Positions 1-10,052 of a stretch of 64,000 bases of DNA are shown one piece after another. This DNA is from an uncultured Clostridia bacterium (GTDB lineage Bacteria > Bacillota > Clostridia > Oscillospirales > Acutalibacteraceae): the NCBI GenBank assembly GCA_947632045.1, contig CANRNQ010000005.1:27484-91483 (forward strand), given 5' to 3'. The notes beneath the pieces are model-generated. The model did no database searches. It was not told the DNA's origin and saw only the letters and a list, made by a program, of their open reading frames with translations. Positions within the stretch are counted from its first letter, which is position 1; each line of letters begins with the position of its first letter. The position numbers were made by a program, and so were the translations under genes.

Positions 1-707
1 ACCTCGTCGCCCTCGGAGCCAAGTCTGAGGATTCCGTCGTCGCTTGACGGCCTGCTGTTGCCCAGCGACGCGTTGCCGCTGTAATCCGTCTGATCATATT
101 CGCTTGACGGGGGATCTATATCAGAAACGCCGTCTGAACCGAAGGTGTATTTTACGCCGTCAAGTGTTCTTGATGTGTTTACTATATACTGGCCGTCCTC
201 ATAGTAGTAGCTGTCGCCGTTATAAAGAACCCAGCCTGTCGTCGGATAGCTTACGCCGTATATTTTAAACCATTCTACCCAGTTGAGGTCATACACCGAA
301 CCGTAGCACATATCGTAATATGAGCTTCTCGCGTCAACCTCAAGTCCGTTGCCAACATATACTCCAACGTGACCCGGCATATGAAGTCCAAGGCCATGGA
401 CCCTAGGAATGCCGTTTGAAACATATCCCCACTCGTCTGATGATGAAAGCATATCGGTTCTTATACCGCCTACGCCGTTATAAGAATAGATAAGACCTGA
501 GCAATCTACCGCGCCCGGGGTAACTCCGCCCCAAACATAATCCCATTGCTCGTTGTAAGCATTAAGGCAGTAGGCGCTAAGCCCTACACCCGTGCTTGTA
601 GCCGCAAATGCGGAAATCGTACCAACGGCAAAAAGCGAAAATAAAATTGCAACCGCAAGGAGCAAAGATATTACTGCCTTTCCCGTTTTCTGAAATGAAG
701 TCTGCAT
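1..707 (-). CDS. Secreted NlpC/P60-type cell-wall hydrolase with cell-wall-binding repeat and start of a peptidoglycan-binding domain (3' end runs off the window)
   Basis: Not in the ORF track; translated by hand from ATG at 707 (SD AGGAGG upstream): MQTSFQKTGKAVISLLLAV... signal peptide, YVWGG..VDCSGLI and PGHVGVYVGNG NlpC/P60 motifs, GWVLYNGDSYYY repeat, LRLGSEGDEV PG-binding start. Confidence 0.85.
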   Translation of the reverse strand, partial: MQTSFQKTGKAVISLLLAVAILFSLFAVGTISAFAATSTGVGLSAYCLNAYNEQWDYVWGGVTPGAVDCSGLIYSYNGVGGIRTDMLSSSDEWGYVSNGIPRVHGLGLHMPGHVGVYVGNGLEVDARSSYYDMCYGSVYDLNWVEWFKIYGVSYPTTGWVLYNGDSYYYEDGQYIVNTSRTLDGVKYTFGSDGVSDIDPPSSEYDQTDYSGNASLGNSRPSSDDGILRLGSEGDE

Positions 708-854
708 TTTAATTTTACCTCCTAAAATTTCTGAACAAATCAAAAAGTGCGTTTACATAATTTTCATTCGATTTGAAATTCCCACTACGTTTTTCCGTTT
801 TTGGCTTAGCGGCTCCAAAAGAACAGAAGAGAAAAACTGTAACAATTTGGTTAC

Positions 855-883
855 AGTGTAACACATAGCACAGAATAATTCAA
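855..883 (-). promoter_or_regulatory. Putative sigma-A promoter of the NlpC/P60 gene
   Basis: Minus strand TTGAAT-17 nt-TACACT with TGn extension. Confidence 0.5.
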
Positions 884-1485
884 GCGAATTTACAAAATAA
901 GGCAATGTGCACAATTTTTACTTTTTATTTTGTGGCTTTTATTGTTTAATACCAACTGTTGAATTACACCTTTGTCGGCAGAATTGGCTAAACTCCGCTT
1001 GTGTATCGCTTTTTTACCGGCAAGCAGCAACGGTTACATTGTTGTAATATATAACAACTGTTATACAGACAGTAAACCTTTGCTATACCGTTTTTTTAAT
1101 TTTTTTAAATTTTTTCTTCACTTTTTTCCTTGACACTCTGCGGCAAATGTTTTTCCTTTGTTACATTTGTTACTGTTTTTAAACCTTTAAAATCCCATTA
1201 TACTGCGGTCGCGCTTTAATTTATGCATATATATCGTATATCGAATCGACAAATACAGCCTCGCCGACAGTATATATACATTGCATTTTATATTCTTGGC
1301 TATTCAGGAAGGATTATACTCATATACTTTTATCTTCCTCTTCATGCATTTTTAGCTCTCGCCGTAGCTTTGCTCTCCTCTCTTTTCCTTTTATTTGCGC
1401 CTGCTTTTCATTTTATATTGATAAAGCGCCGCCGATATTGTAAAATATTATATGGAACTATTATCGCTTTAAAAGGAGAAAAAAT

Positions 1486-2427
1486 ATGACCACACTTTAT
1501 CTTGCCGTCCCCTGCTATAACGAGCAGGAGGTTCTGCCGGACACGACAAAAAAGCTGCTTGCAAAAATGCAGTCCCTTATCGACGGCGGAAAAATATCGC
1601 GGGACAGCAGAATTATGTATATTGACGACGGCTCCAAGGACAGAACCTGGAGCATAATCTCGGAGCTTCACGAAAAATACCCCCTTGTCGCGGGTCTTAA
1701 GCTATCGAGGAACAGAGGGCACCAAAACGCGCTTTACGGCGGGCTTATGGTCGCAAAGAGTCACGCCGACGCAGTAATATCCATTGACGCGGATCTGCAA
1801 GACGACATAAACGCCATAGATTTAATGCTTGAAAAATTTGAATCCGGCTGCGACATAGTTTACGGCGTGCGCAGCAAGCGCGCCACCGACTCGCTTTTTA
1901 AGCGCGCCACCGCGGAAGGCTTTTATAAATTTTTGAAATTCATGGGCGCTGAGGTAGTGTTTAATCACGCCGACTACCGGCTTATGAGCAAAAGGGCGAT
2001 AGACGAGCTTGAGCATTTCGGCGAAGTAAATCTTTTTTTGCGCGGTATAGTTCCCATGCTTGGCTTTCGCACAGACACCGTTGAATACGAAAGAGCCGAG
2101 CGTCTTGCCGGAAAGAGCAAATACCCGCTGAAAAAGATGCTCTCGCTCGCTTGGGAGGGCGTTACCTCTCTGAGTATAAAGCCGATACGCTTCATCACCG
2201 TTTTGGGCGCGGCGGTGTTTTTAGTCAGCATAATCATGCTTATATATTCGCTTATCTCTCATTTTATCGGCAACACTACCCTCGGCTGGACAAGCCTTAT
2301 CGTTTCAATATGGGCGATAGGCGGCTTACAGCTTCTGGCCATCGGCATAATAGGTGAGTATCTCGGCAAAATATACCTTGAAACAAAGCACCGGCCAAGA
2401 TTTATTGTAGATAAATTCTTAAAATGA
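1486..2427 (+). CDS. GT2 glycosyltransferase, DPM1/GtrB/YkoT-like, two C-terminal TM helices
   Basis: VPCYNE, IDDGSKD, SRNRGHQ, IDADLQD, DYRLMS motifs; hydrophobic C-terminus. Confidence 0.92.
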   Translation: MTTLYLAVPCYNEQEVLPDTTKKLLAKMQSLIDGGKISRDSRIMYIDDGSKDRTWSIISELHEKYPLVAGLKLSRNRGHQNALYGGLMVAKSHADAVISIDADLQDDINAIDLMLEKFESGCDIVYGVRSKRATDSLFKRATAEGFYKFLKFMGAEVVFNHADYRLMSKRAIDELEHFGEVNLFLRGIVPMLGFRTDTVEYERAERLAGKSKYPLKKMLSLAWEGVTSLSIKPIRFITVLGAAVFLVSIIMLIYSLISHFIGNTTLGWTSLIVSIWAIGGLQLLAIGIIGEYLGKIYLETKHRPRFIVDKFLK

Positions 2428-2454
2428 TAAGCTCATGCTAAGGAGGAAAATGAT

Positions 2455-2973
2455 ATGAAAAGCTTTACCGCTATTATTATATCGGCTGTTTTTTTAGCAT
2501 CTCTGCTTTGCTCCTGCTCGGGTAGTCAGAGCGACGCTCTCAACAGTTCGAAGATAAAGCCGAACCAAACGGCTATACAGCGCTATCCCGGGCTTGACGG
2601 GAAATACTACGCCGACGGCGATACAAAGGAGTCCGCGCGGGACAGTCTTATAAACAAGGTCGTGCCGGACATTCTGAAAAAGGAGATAACCGAGCACGAC
2701 GATATCGAGGTCACGCAGCTTGATATAAAATCGTCCCAGCTCACCTGCTTTGACCGCGGTGATGTTGCAAGGCTCACCCTCGAGGCCGCGCTGGACGGCG
2801 GAGAGCCGATTGAGCGCGTAGTTTTGGTATTTATTACAAGCGAGCGGCTTGAGCAGGGATATCGCAGTTATTTTTTAAGCTATCACAACATGGATCAAAC
2901 GGACGACATAAGCTCCGACGTTATGCTTGAAATGCTGAACGATTTTCTTGAGAAGAGCCATACGGGCGGCTGA
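2455..2973 (+). CDS. Hypothetical lipoprotein
   Basis: SD AGGAGG; signal peptide with LCSC lipobox. Confidence 0.7.
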   Translation: MKSFTAIIISAVFLASLLCSCSGSQSDALNSSKIKPNQTAIQRYPGLDGKYYADGDTKESARDSLINKVVPDILKKEITEHDDIEVTQLDIKSSQLTCFDRGDVARLTLEAALDGGEPIERVVLVFITSERLEQGYRSYFLSYHNMDQTDDISSDVMLEMLNDFLEKSHTGG

Positions 2974-3057
2974 GTTATATTTAATATTAAATTATATAAA
3001 AGGGGCGTGATTTCCGCTTGCGGAGGCTCGCCTCTTTTTCTGCGCTTTGGCGGCATA

Positions 3058-3240
3058 TCGGGCTCGGGCGGCGACCTGCGCGGCGCAGCCGCGCGGAAAA
3101 ACGCGGCGTAGGGAGCGCTGCATGCATTACATCTCCGCACTAAGCTCCAAGGCGCGCTTCGGATATTCGCCTCCGCCGCGCCGCGTTTTTCGGCAAATTT
3201 CCGCCGGAGGCGGAAATTTGCGGTCGCCGCCCGAGCCCGA
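3058..3240. repeat. Nested inverted-doublet palindromic element, copy 1 (REPIN/MITE-like)
   Basis: 19-bp perfect terminal IR TCGGGCTCGGGCGGCGACC / GGTCGCCGCCCGAGCCCGA; inner IR GAAAAACGCGGCG / CGCCGCGTTTTTC; two internal hairpins. Confidence 0.85.
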
Positions 3241-3395
3241 GCTAAACTCAGCGCCTAACCCTGCGGAAATTGATATACAATCTGTATTTCTTATACATTT
3301 AGTATTATTAAATAAATTTCTTTTTTCGCATAAATATGTTTTCCCACTTTATAAATAAGGTAAAATGTAAAGTAGAAATTTGTTGAGGTGAAAAA

Positions 3396-5804
3396 ATGGC
3401 TTTTTCTAAAGAGGAACTTTTAAAATTCAGAAAAAAAATAATGGAAAACGAAAACGCAGGAATGAACGATATGCAAAAAAAGGCTATCTTCAAGACAAAC
3501 GGTCCCCTGCTCATACTCGCGGGAGCCGGAAGCGGAAAAACCACCGTGCTTGTAAACAGAATAGCGAACCTGATAAGATACGGCGACGCATATAACAGCG
3601 ACTTCATACCCTATGACCTGACAGATGAAGAAATTTCAGAAATAGAGCGCTGTGCAAAAAGCGGGGCAAGCCCCGACGAGGCGCTCGTGCGCAGGCTGTC
3701 GTTCGGCGCGCCGCAGCCGTGGCAGATCCTTGCTATAACCTTTACAAACAAGGCGGCGGGCGAGCTCAAGGACAGGCTGTGCGCTAAAATACCCGAGGGC
3801 GGCGACGACATTTGGGCGGCGACCTTTCACTCTACCTGCTCGAGAATACTCCGCGTTTACGGCGACAGAATAGGCTACACGCACAGCTTCACAATATATG
3901 ACTCGGACGACCAGCGCAGGCTAATAAAGGATTGCATGAAATCTCTGAACATAGACGAAAAGATACTGCCTCACCGCACCGTGCTGAATAAAATATCGCA
4001 CGCGAAGGACAGTATGATCGACTCGGAGGAATACGCAAAGCGGGCTGGCAACGATAATCTTGAAATAACTGTGGCAAGGCTGTATACCCTATATGAGAAA
4101 CAGCTCAAAACCTCGGACGCGATGGATTTTGACGATCTGTTATTCAACACGGTAAAGCTTTTTGAAAAAAATCCCGACGTGCTCGAATACTATCAAAATC
4201 GCTTCAGGTACATAATGGTTGACGAATATCAGGACACGAGCAAGGTTCAATATAAATTCATAAGTATGCTCGCCGAGGCGCGCAAAAACATCTGCGTTGT
4301 GGGCGACGACGATCAAAGCATATATAAATTCCGAGGAGCGACCATAGAGAATATTCTCAGCTTTGAGGTATCATACCCGGACGCGGAGGTGATCCGTCTT
4401 GAGCAGAACTACCGCTCGACTCAGGTAATACTTGACGCTGCGAATAACGTGATAAAAAACAACAGAGAAAGAAAGGGCAAAACTCTCTGGACGGCAAACA
4501 AGGGCGGAAAGAAGATAATACAGCACAAGGCGGCGAACGAGCGCGACGAGGGCAGCTACATAGCTCAAAAAATATGCGAGCTCGTCGGCGAGGGCAGAAA
4601 ATTCTCGGACTTTGCAATACTTTACAGAATGAAGGCGCAGTCGAACTCGATAGAGCAGAGTCTGAGCAGAAACGCCATACCTTATCGTCTGATAGGCGGC
4701 CACCGTTTTTATGAAAGAGAGGAAATAAAGGATATCACGTCGTATCTGAGCTTCATATGTAATCCCTCCGACGACGTAAGGCTCAGGAGGATAATAAACA
4801 AGCCCAAGCGCGGAATAGGCGACTCGACTATAAATCGCGCTGCGGAAATGGCCGGTGCAGTCGGCACAAGCATATACGAAATTATAAGCCACTGCGACGA
4901 ATACACTTCTCTCAGCCGCTCAAGCGGCAAGCTGAAGGAATTTTGCGCACTTGCCGACCGTCTTATAAAGCTTGCCGCGGACAGAAGCCGCAGCATTGAG
5001 GAGATATATCACGCCGTGCTTGAAGCGACCGATTATATAAACTGGCTCAAGGTTGAAAAGGACGATCACGGGGAGAGGATAGAAAACATAAACGAGCTTT
5101 TAACGAGCATAATCAAGTACGAGCAGGATCACCCCGAGGACGGCAGCCTAAGCGGTTTTTTAGAGGAAATATCTCTCTTTACCGATACGGACAATTACGA
5201 CCAAAGCGCCGACTGTGTTGTGCTGATGACCCTGCACGCGGCGAAGGGGCTTGAGTTTCCGATAGTCTTTATCCCCGGCATGGAGGACGGTGTATTTCCG
5301 GGAACGCAGTCGATAATGAGCGAGTCTGAGATGCAGGAGGAACGTCGTCTTGCGTATGTTGGCATAACGCGCGCAAAGGAGGAGTTATATCTCGTAAACG
5401 CGAGGGAAAGAATGTTATTCGGTTCGACTCAACGCAACTGCCCATCAAGATTTTTAAACGAGATACCTGACGAGCTTTTGGAACACACTCAAAGCAGCTT
5501 CGGCGGATTCCCGTTCGGCAGCTCTTCCTTCGGCTCAAATCCGTTTGTCTTCTCGGGCGCTCGCGGCGGCTCCGGCGAAAAAAAGCCCGCCGCCTTTCCG
5601 AAGCCTAATATTCCGAAAAAGAATGTGCCTAACGGTTCCGGTCAAGTGTTCAGGCCCGGCGATAAGGTTAAGCACTCAGCCTTTGGCGAGGGTCTCGTAC
5701 TAAACGCCACTTCTATGGGAAACGATACCTTGCTTGAAATAGCCTTTGACTCCGTAGGCACAAAGGTCATAATGCAAAACTATGCCAAAATCACCAAGCT
5801 CTAA
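3396..5804 (+). CDS. pcrA: ATP-dependent DNA helicase PcrA/UvrD
   Basis: LAGAGSGKT, ITFTNKAA, VDEYQD, VGDDDQSIY, LEQNYRS, MTLHAAKGLEF, EERRLAYVGITRA; C-terminal Tudor-like GDKVKHSAFGEG. Confidence 0.95.
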   Translation: MAFSKEELLKFRKKIMENENAGMNDMQKKAIFKTNGPLLILAGAGSGKTTVLVNRIANLIRYGDAYNSDFIPYDLTDEEISEIERCAKSGASPDEALVRRLSFGAPQPWQILAITFTNKAAGELKDRLCAKIPEGGDDIWAATFHSTCSRILRVYGDRIGYTHSFTIYDSDDQRRLIKDCMKSLNIDEKILPHRTVLNKISHAKDSMIDSEEYAKRAGNDNLEITVARLYTLYEKQLKTSDAMDFDDLLFNTVKLFEKNPDVLEYYQNRFRYIMVDEYQDTSKVQYKFISMLAEARKNICVVGDDDQSIYKFRGATIENILSFEVSYPDAEVIRLEQNYRSTQVILDAANNVIKNNRERKGKTLWTANKGGKKIIQHKAANERDEGSYIAQKICELVGEGRKFSDFAILYRMKAQSNSIEQSLSRNAIPYRLIGGHRFYEREEIKDITSYLSFICNPSDDVRLRRIINKPKRGIGDSTINRAAEMAGAVGTSIYEIISHCDEYTSLSRSSGKLKEFCALADRLIKLAADRSRSIEEIYHAVLEATDYINWLKVEKDDHGERIENINELLTSIIKYEQDHPEDGSLSGFLEEISLFTDTDNYDQSADCVVLMTLHAAKGLEFPIVFIPGMEDGVFPGTQSIMSESEMQEERRLAYVGITRAKEELYLVNARERMLFGSTQRNCPSRFLNEIPDELLEHTQSSFGGFPFGSSSFGSNPFVFSGARGGSGEKKPAAFPKPNIPKKNVPNGSGQVFRPGDKVKHSAFGEGLVLNATSMGNDTLLEIAFDSVGTKVIMQNYAKITKL

Positions 5805-5852
5805 AAATTTTTTGCGGCTGCGGAGTCGCGGCCAAATAATATCTGTCAAAAC

Positions 5853-5896
5853 AAAAGGATTGCAAGGACGGTAAATTCAGTCCTGCAATCCTTTTT
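5853..5896. terminator. Bidirectional intrinsic terminator between pcrA and the convergent dockerin gene
   Basis: AAAAGGATTGCA...TGCAATCCTTTTT inverted repeat with A/T tracts on both sides. Confidence 0.75.
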
Positions 5897-5948
5897 ATTA
5901 TAAATTAAAATATAAAGTCAACAATTTTGTTTTTAACCGCTTTATATG

Positions 5949-8903
5949 TTACCCCGCAATCGGCAGAGTTTCATATCCGCGCCAACCCGCAATATGCCGC
6001 GTAATTATCATTCTATCCTTAGCGTTAACAATTCCGTCGCCGTTAAGATCCGCCGCCGCTTTATTTATCGCTGCATACCCCTGCCAGCCGGCTAAATATC
6101 GAGTAAGCGTCATTCTGTCTTTCGCGTCAACAACCTTGTCGCCGTTTATGTCGCCGGATATATAAGCCGGCTTAGATTCGCTCACTTCGCCACTGTTTTC
6201 ATCAATTTTGATACCGTTGATTTTACCTTCAATATCATTTATATTCTCTTTATCAAAACCGTAATCAACGATTGTGGGAGATTCAATATATCCATCAGCC
6301 TCTATTTTTAATTCATCATCTTCTTTATATAATTGGATATTTCCCGAAGCTGCACCGGTTATTTTGTAAAAGCCTTGATCGATAGGGTTTTGTAATGCTG
6401 CTTCAAACTCATAATTATTACCGCAAATTTGCACATCATTTTCGGTTATTTTTATACCATCTATATTTTCGGATTCTATTTCGTATCCGCCCTGTAAATT
6501 TTCACCAATTATGCCGCAGCCATCTTCTACATTTTCAAATTCAAAATATGAACTTTGGTCTATTGTGATCTTCCAATACAGTTTTTCTTCCGGATCACCT
6601 GATAATACACAATCATACACAGTCATGTTTCCGGTATAATCGTTTCCGTCATATTCCAAAAATTCACCTTTATCATTTATTAATTTGAACTTCTTATCAG
6701 CAGCAATATAAAAATACGTTTTATTGTTTGCTGCACTCAAATAATTAACGACGGATACACTATCCGAGTTGCCACCGTACAACTTATCAATATCGTATAC
6801 CTCTAATTTAGTCCAATAATCCTCTAATACTAATCCATTTGCATCAACAAAAGAAAACGAACTAAAATCCGAAGCAATTTTCATATGCTTATATATTGGA
6901 GTTGAATTGTCTCTGTATACATTTTCATCATAAATTTTAATATCATATCCTGTTTTTTCATTGTAATCATATCCGCAAACAACTACGCTATGACCGCTTT
7001 GATCTTTATTTCCTTTTTTATATTTATATGAAAAAACAAATGGTTTTCGTATTTCCTGAGATCGCCTTGCTTCCTCACATAATTGCTTTAAAAATTTTTT
7101 TAGTCTTTCTTCTTCTGTATTAATATGCCACCCGCCTTTTGATACTGAATAACTCTCATTGCCGTTTGCTGTTAATTGTGTTAATTGATAATATATTATA
7201 ATATCTTTAAATTTTGTTTTATCATTATTATATGGAGATCCCATTTCCCAATAATTGGAGGCCCCTTGATATATAGAATTACAGTCGATTTCCCCTTGGT
7301 TCGCATAACACATACTTAATGCAATTCCGTGGCAAACACCCTTTTCTTTTTCATCATGTAATTCGTTGCATATCATAAATGTATTGCTCCATGTGTTTAA
7401 GCTATCTTTATATAATTTTAATTTATATTTTGAATTAATTACTGTGTACGTCATTCCTTTATGCATAAACCTATTAGTATCTTCACCAATCACAAAATAA
7501 TTATCATCAAAATCGTTTTTATTATCCCACTCGCAAATAAAAATTTTATCATCGTTTTCCGTGCCGTTGCCAAAATTACCATCGTTCCATGTTCCGTCTG
7601 AAAACTTCCAATAGAACATGGCGTAATCTTCATCTCCGTTGCCGTTTTCATTATTCGGCTCAGCCTCATGCCAGTTCGTGTATGCAGTATCTTCACCGCT
7701 TACCCATTCCCAAACTCCCTCATTATCTTTATCAGTAAAGCCAAAGTAAGCGTTATCATATCCGCAGCTTTTCATATATTTAAAAAGAAAATCATTTTCT
7801 TCCTGCGATGAAATAGTTGCCAAATATCCACCCATATTCGAGCAATAAAGCATCGCATCATCCCATGACTGACAAACATCTTTAAATATTTTATAATAAT
7901 GGCCTTTATATTCTATACCTTTTGAAGGATTTACCGGAATTTCTATCGGATAATCCTTGAACTCGGTCGTGATATTATCGCCTTCTACGCCCCAAAGCTT
8001 CGTATCCTCGTCGTACCAAATCGTTACCGTTGTCGACTCATTGTTTGTGTAAAATATTTGGTCATTATTCATTCCGTCCGGATACCATATGACTCCGTCC
8101 ATTGTGATTTTGAACTTATAGCCGTTTACGTCGTTCTTCGGGAGGTTCTCATAAACCTTCTCATAGCGACCTGTAGCCTCGTTATAAATCATAAGGTTGT
8201 TGTCGTCTTCGGGATCAAAGCTTGAACCGCAAAATTCTGACGAACCTGCTACTCTGTATTTATGGCTTACCGATGTGACCGCGGAATCACTCTCCCAATT
8301 AACTTCATGGGTTGTCGGGTTGTAACTTACCTTTACGTCGTCCTGAGCGCTGATGTAACCTATCATGTTATCCTCAGGATATATATCGCCGTTATCCCAC
8401 TTGCCTTCTGTGCAGCTTGATACCTTAAACTGGAATGCAAACGGGTCATACTTGCTTGCGCCCTCGCCAACCTGCTTGAAGGTGATCTCATAAAGGCCTG
8501 TGACGTTGTTCCATGTCATCTTGTTGACCTCAGCGCCTGTTACCCAGTTTTCGCCGTTACAGAGATCTGCTACACCAACTACATACCAAGTTTCGCCCGA
8601 ATCAACAAATCCTGTCAAAGCCTCAGTCTTAGGCTCAGTTTTCTGCTCGGTCGGCAATTCGGTTTGAAGCTCTGTCTCGGGCTCTGTCAGAGGCTCGGTC
8701 GGCAATTCAGTCTGAAGCTCTGTCTCGGGCTCTGTCAGAGGCTCGGTATGCAATTCGGTCTGAGGTGCTGTCAGTGGGTTACCGAGCACGACTTCGATGT
8801 TCTCACCGTTTACGCTCGCATTCAGCGCAGAGGCTGAAAATACGCTAAACATCATCATTAATGACATTAACAATGCCATTAGCTTTCTAATTGTTTTTTT
8901 CAT
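5949..8903 (-). CDS. Large secreted modular protein: TEP repeats, two carbohydrate-binding-like (X25/CBM-type) modules, C-type lectin domain, putative papain-like Cys-His-Asp domain, C-terminal dockerin
   Basis: Start MKKTIRKL at 8903 with GGAGG SD; CTL motifs SWDDAMLYC..GGYLATISSQEEN, WHEAEPNN, WND, FICEW; GVCHG..GHSVVVCG..IYDEN; duplicated GDINGD/ADLNGDG dockerin loops. Confidence 0.8.
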   Translation of the reverse strand: MKKTIRKLMALLMSLMMMFSVFSASALNASVNGENIEVVLGNPLTAPQTELHTEPLTEPETELQTELPTEPLTEPETELQTELPTEQKTEPKTEALTGFVDSGETWYVVGVADLCNGENWVTGAEVNKMTWNNVTGLYEITFKQVGEGASKYDPFAFQFKVSSCTEGKWDNGDIYPEDNMIGYISAQDDVKVSYNPTTHEVNWESDSAVTSVSHKYRVAGSSEFCGSSFDPEDDNNLMIYNEATGRYEKVYENLPKNDVNGYKFKITMDGVIWYPDGMNNDQIFYTNNESTTVTIWYDEDTKLWGVEGDNITTEFKDYPIEIPVNPSKGIEYKGHYYKIFKDVCQSWDDAMLYCSNMGGYLATISSQEENDFLFKYMKSCGYDNAYFGFTDKDNEGVWEWVSGEDTAYTNWHEAEPNNENGNGDEDYAMFYWKFSDGTWNDGNFGNGTENDDKIFICEWDNKNDFDDNYFVIGEDTNRFMHKGMTYTVINSKYKLKLYKDSLNTWSNTFMICNELHDEKEKGVCHGIALSMCYANQGEIDCNSIYQGASNYWEMGSPYNNDKTKFKDIIIYYQLTQLTANGNESYSVSKGGWHINTEEERLKKFLKQLCEEARRSQEIRKPFVFSYKYKKGNKDQSGHSVVVCGYDYNEKTGYDIKIYDENVYRDNSTPIYKHMKIASDFSSFSFVDANGLVLEDYWTKLEVYDIDKLYGGNSDSVSVVNYLSAANNKTYFYIAADKKFKLINDKGEFLEYDGNDYTGNMTVYDCVLSGDPEEKLYWKITIDQSSYFEFENVEDGCGIIGENLQGGYEIESENIDGIKITENDVQICGNNYEFEAALQNPIDQGFYKITGAASGNIQLYKEDDELKIEADGYIESPTIVDYGFDKENINDIEGKINGIKIDENSGEVSESKPAYISGDINGDKVVDAKDRMTLTRYLAGWQGYAAINKAAADLNGDGIVNAKDRMIITRHIAGWRGYETLPIAG
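8625..8765 (-). repeat. Intragenic 48-bp tandem repeat encoding TEPLTEPETELQTELP
   Basis: About 2.5 copies visible in DNA and protein. Confidence 0.85.
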
Positions 8904-9104
8904 AGATTCTACCTCCTGTATATACAAGAACTATCATTGCTCTTGTATATCTTATGTTTTTAGTGGTATCTATAAATAAATATAGTACCGATTTTCAATA
9001 ATGTCAACATTTATAATGCTGTTATTTGGATTTTTTTACACAATATACGCCATACTCTTAAAATACACGCAATTTACTTGTTTGAGGCAGTCTCGTGATT
9101 GCCT

Positions 9105-10052
9105 CTATTTTTTCACATTTTCCTTATCTTCCTCTCCGTCCTCGTCCTCATTCTTATCCTCGTCTGCGTCTTTTGCCTTTTCGGCGCTCGCGGCAATCTT
9201 CATCTCGCCGCGCTTTTTGCCGAAGGCGTATATCGCCGCCGCCAAGCAAACCACACATATCGCGGCGACAAATCCGCATATGAACAGCGTGTTATTAGAC
9301 TGTGTATCGCTCGCAGAGCCAAGGCTCACGGCTTCGCCGGATTCGATAAGCGCCGAATGTGTGCCGTAGGAGTCATCGGAACCGGAAGCCGACTTTGACG
9401 ATTTCGACGACTTGCTTGAGCTTTTGCTCGACGATGATTTATCCTTAGAGCCTGATTTCGATGAGCTGCTCGACGAGGGCTTTTTGATTTCCTCTGCGCT
9501 CGCCTGTCCGACCTCGCCCGATATTTTCTCCTGAAGCTCCACCGTGTACTCAAAGCCGTAATCGCACGAAAGCCGCTTTTCATCGGTGCTCGCCGCCTGT
9601 TCTCCGTAAAGGCTCAAAAATGCTGTGCAAGGATTATCAAGAGCTTTGAATTTAACCTCGATTATTTCGCTGTCGCCTGCGGACGATATTCCCCTCGTGT
9701 TTAAATATACTATTTTTAAATTTCCGTTTTCGCAGTATTCCTCAATTTGACCGGCAGCACCCTCGCAAAGCGACACGGACGAAAACTCCATGACCGATGA
9801 ATCAAAGCAAAGCGTAAATATCATCGCCGCCAGGCGGCTGCCGCCGGAAACGGCTATTTTCGTCTTAAAGCTCTTGCCCGTCTGCACCCTGTTGTCCACG
9901 TGCAGCGAATAGCCTACATCTGCGGCAAGGCAATTTATTACGGAAAACAACATCAGAATGACCGCCGCCGCGAGCGCAGTCGCCCTCTTAAAATATAAAC
10001 GCCGTATATGGCGACTTTGCTTTATAATTTCTTTTAGGCATTGTTCTTTCAT
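9105..10052 (-). CDS. Membrane-anchored cohesin-like domain protein with Ser/Lys-rich linker and C-terminal TM helix
   Basis: Signal peptide; GKSFKTKIAV..LAAMIFTLCFDSSVMEFSSV..GNLKIVY..IIEVKFKAL cohesin-type beta-sandwich pattern; poly-Ser linker; TM helix then charged tail. Confidence 0.65.
   Translation of the reverse strand: MKEQCLKEIIKQSRHIRRLYFKRATALAAAVILMLFSVINCLAADVGYSLHVDNRVQTGKSFKTKIAVSGGSRLAAMIFTLCFDSSVMEFSSVSLCEGAAGQIEEYCENGNLKIVYLNTRGISSAGDSEIIEVKFKALDNPCTAFLSLYGEQAASTDEKRLSCDYGFEYTVELQEKISGEVGQASAEEIKKPSSSSSSKSGSKDKSSSSKSSSKSSKSSKSASGSDDSYGTHSALIESGEAVSLGSASDTQSNNTLFICGFVAAICVVCLAAAIYAFGKKRGEMKIAASAEKAKDADEDKNEDEDGEEDKENVKK

Noticed and set aside
720-835. c-di-AMP (ydaO) or c-di-GMP riboswitch before the NlpC/P60 gene
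   Set aside because: Context is suggestive but I could not find the conserved core motifs
1223-1489. 88-aa hydrophobic ORF upstream of the GT2 gene (possible GtrA-like flippase)
   Set aside because: No SD and no GtrA motif; it overlaps the probable GT2 promoter region
3047-3358. Arg/Pro/Ala-rich ORFs over GC-rich spacers (also 40320-40556 and 49613-50032)
   Set aside because: They arise from stop-poor palindromic repeat elements; no SD and no protein-like composition
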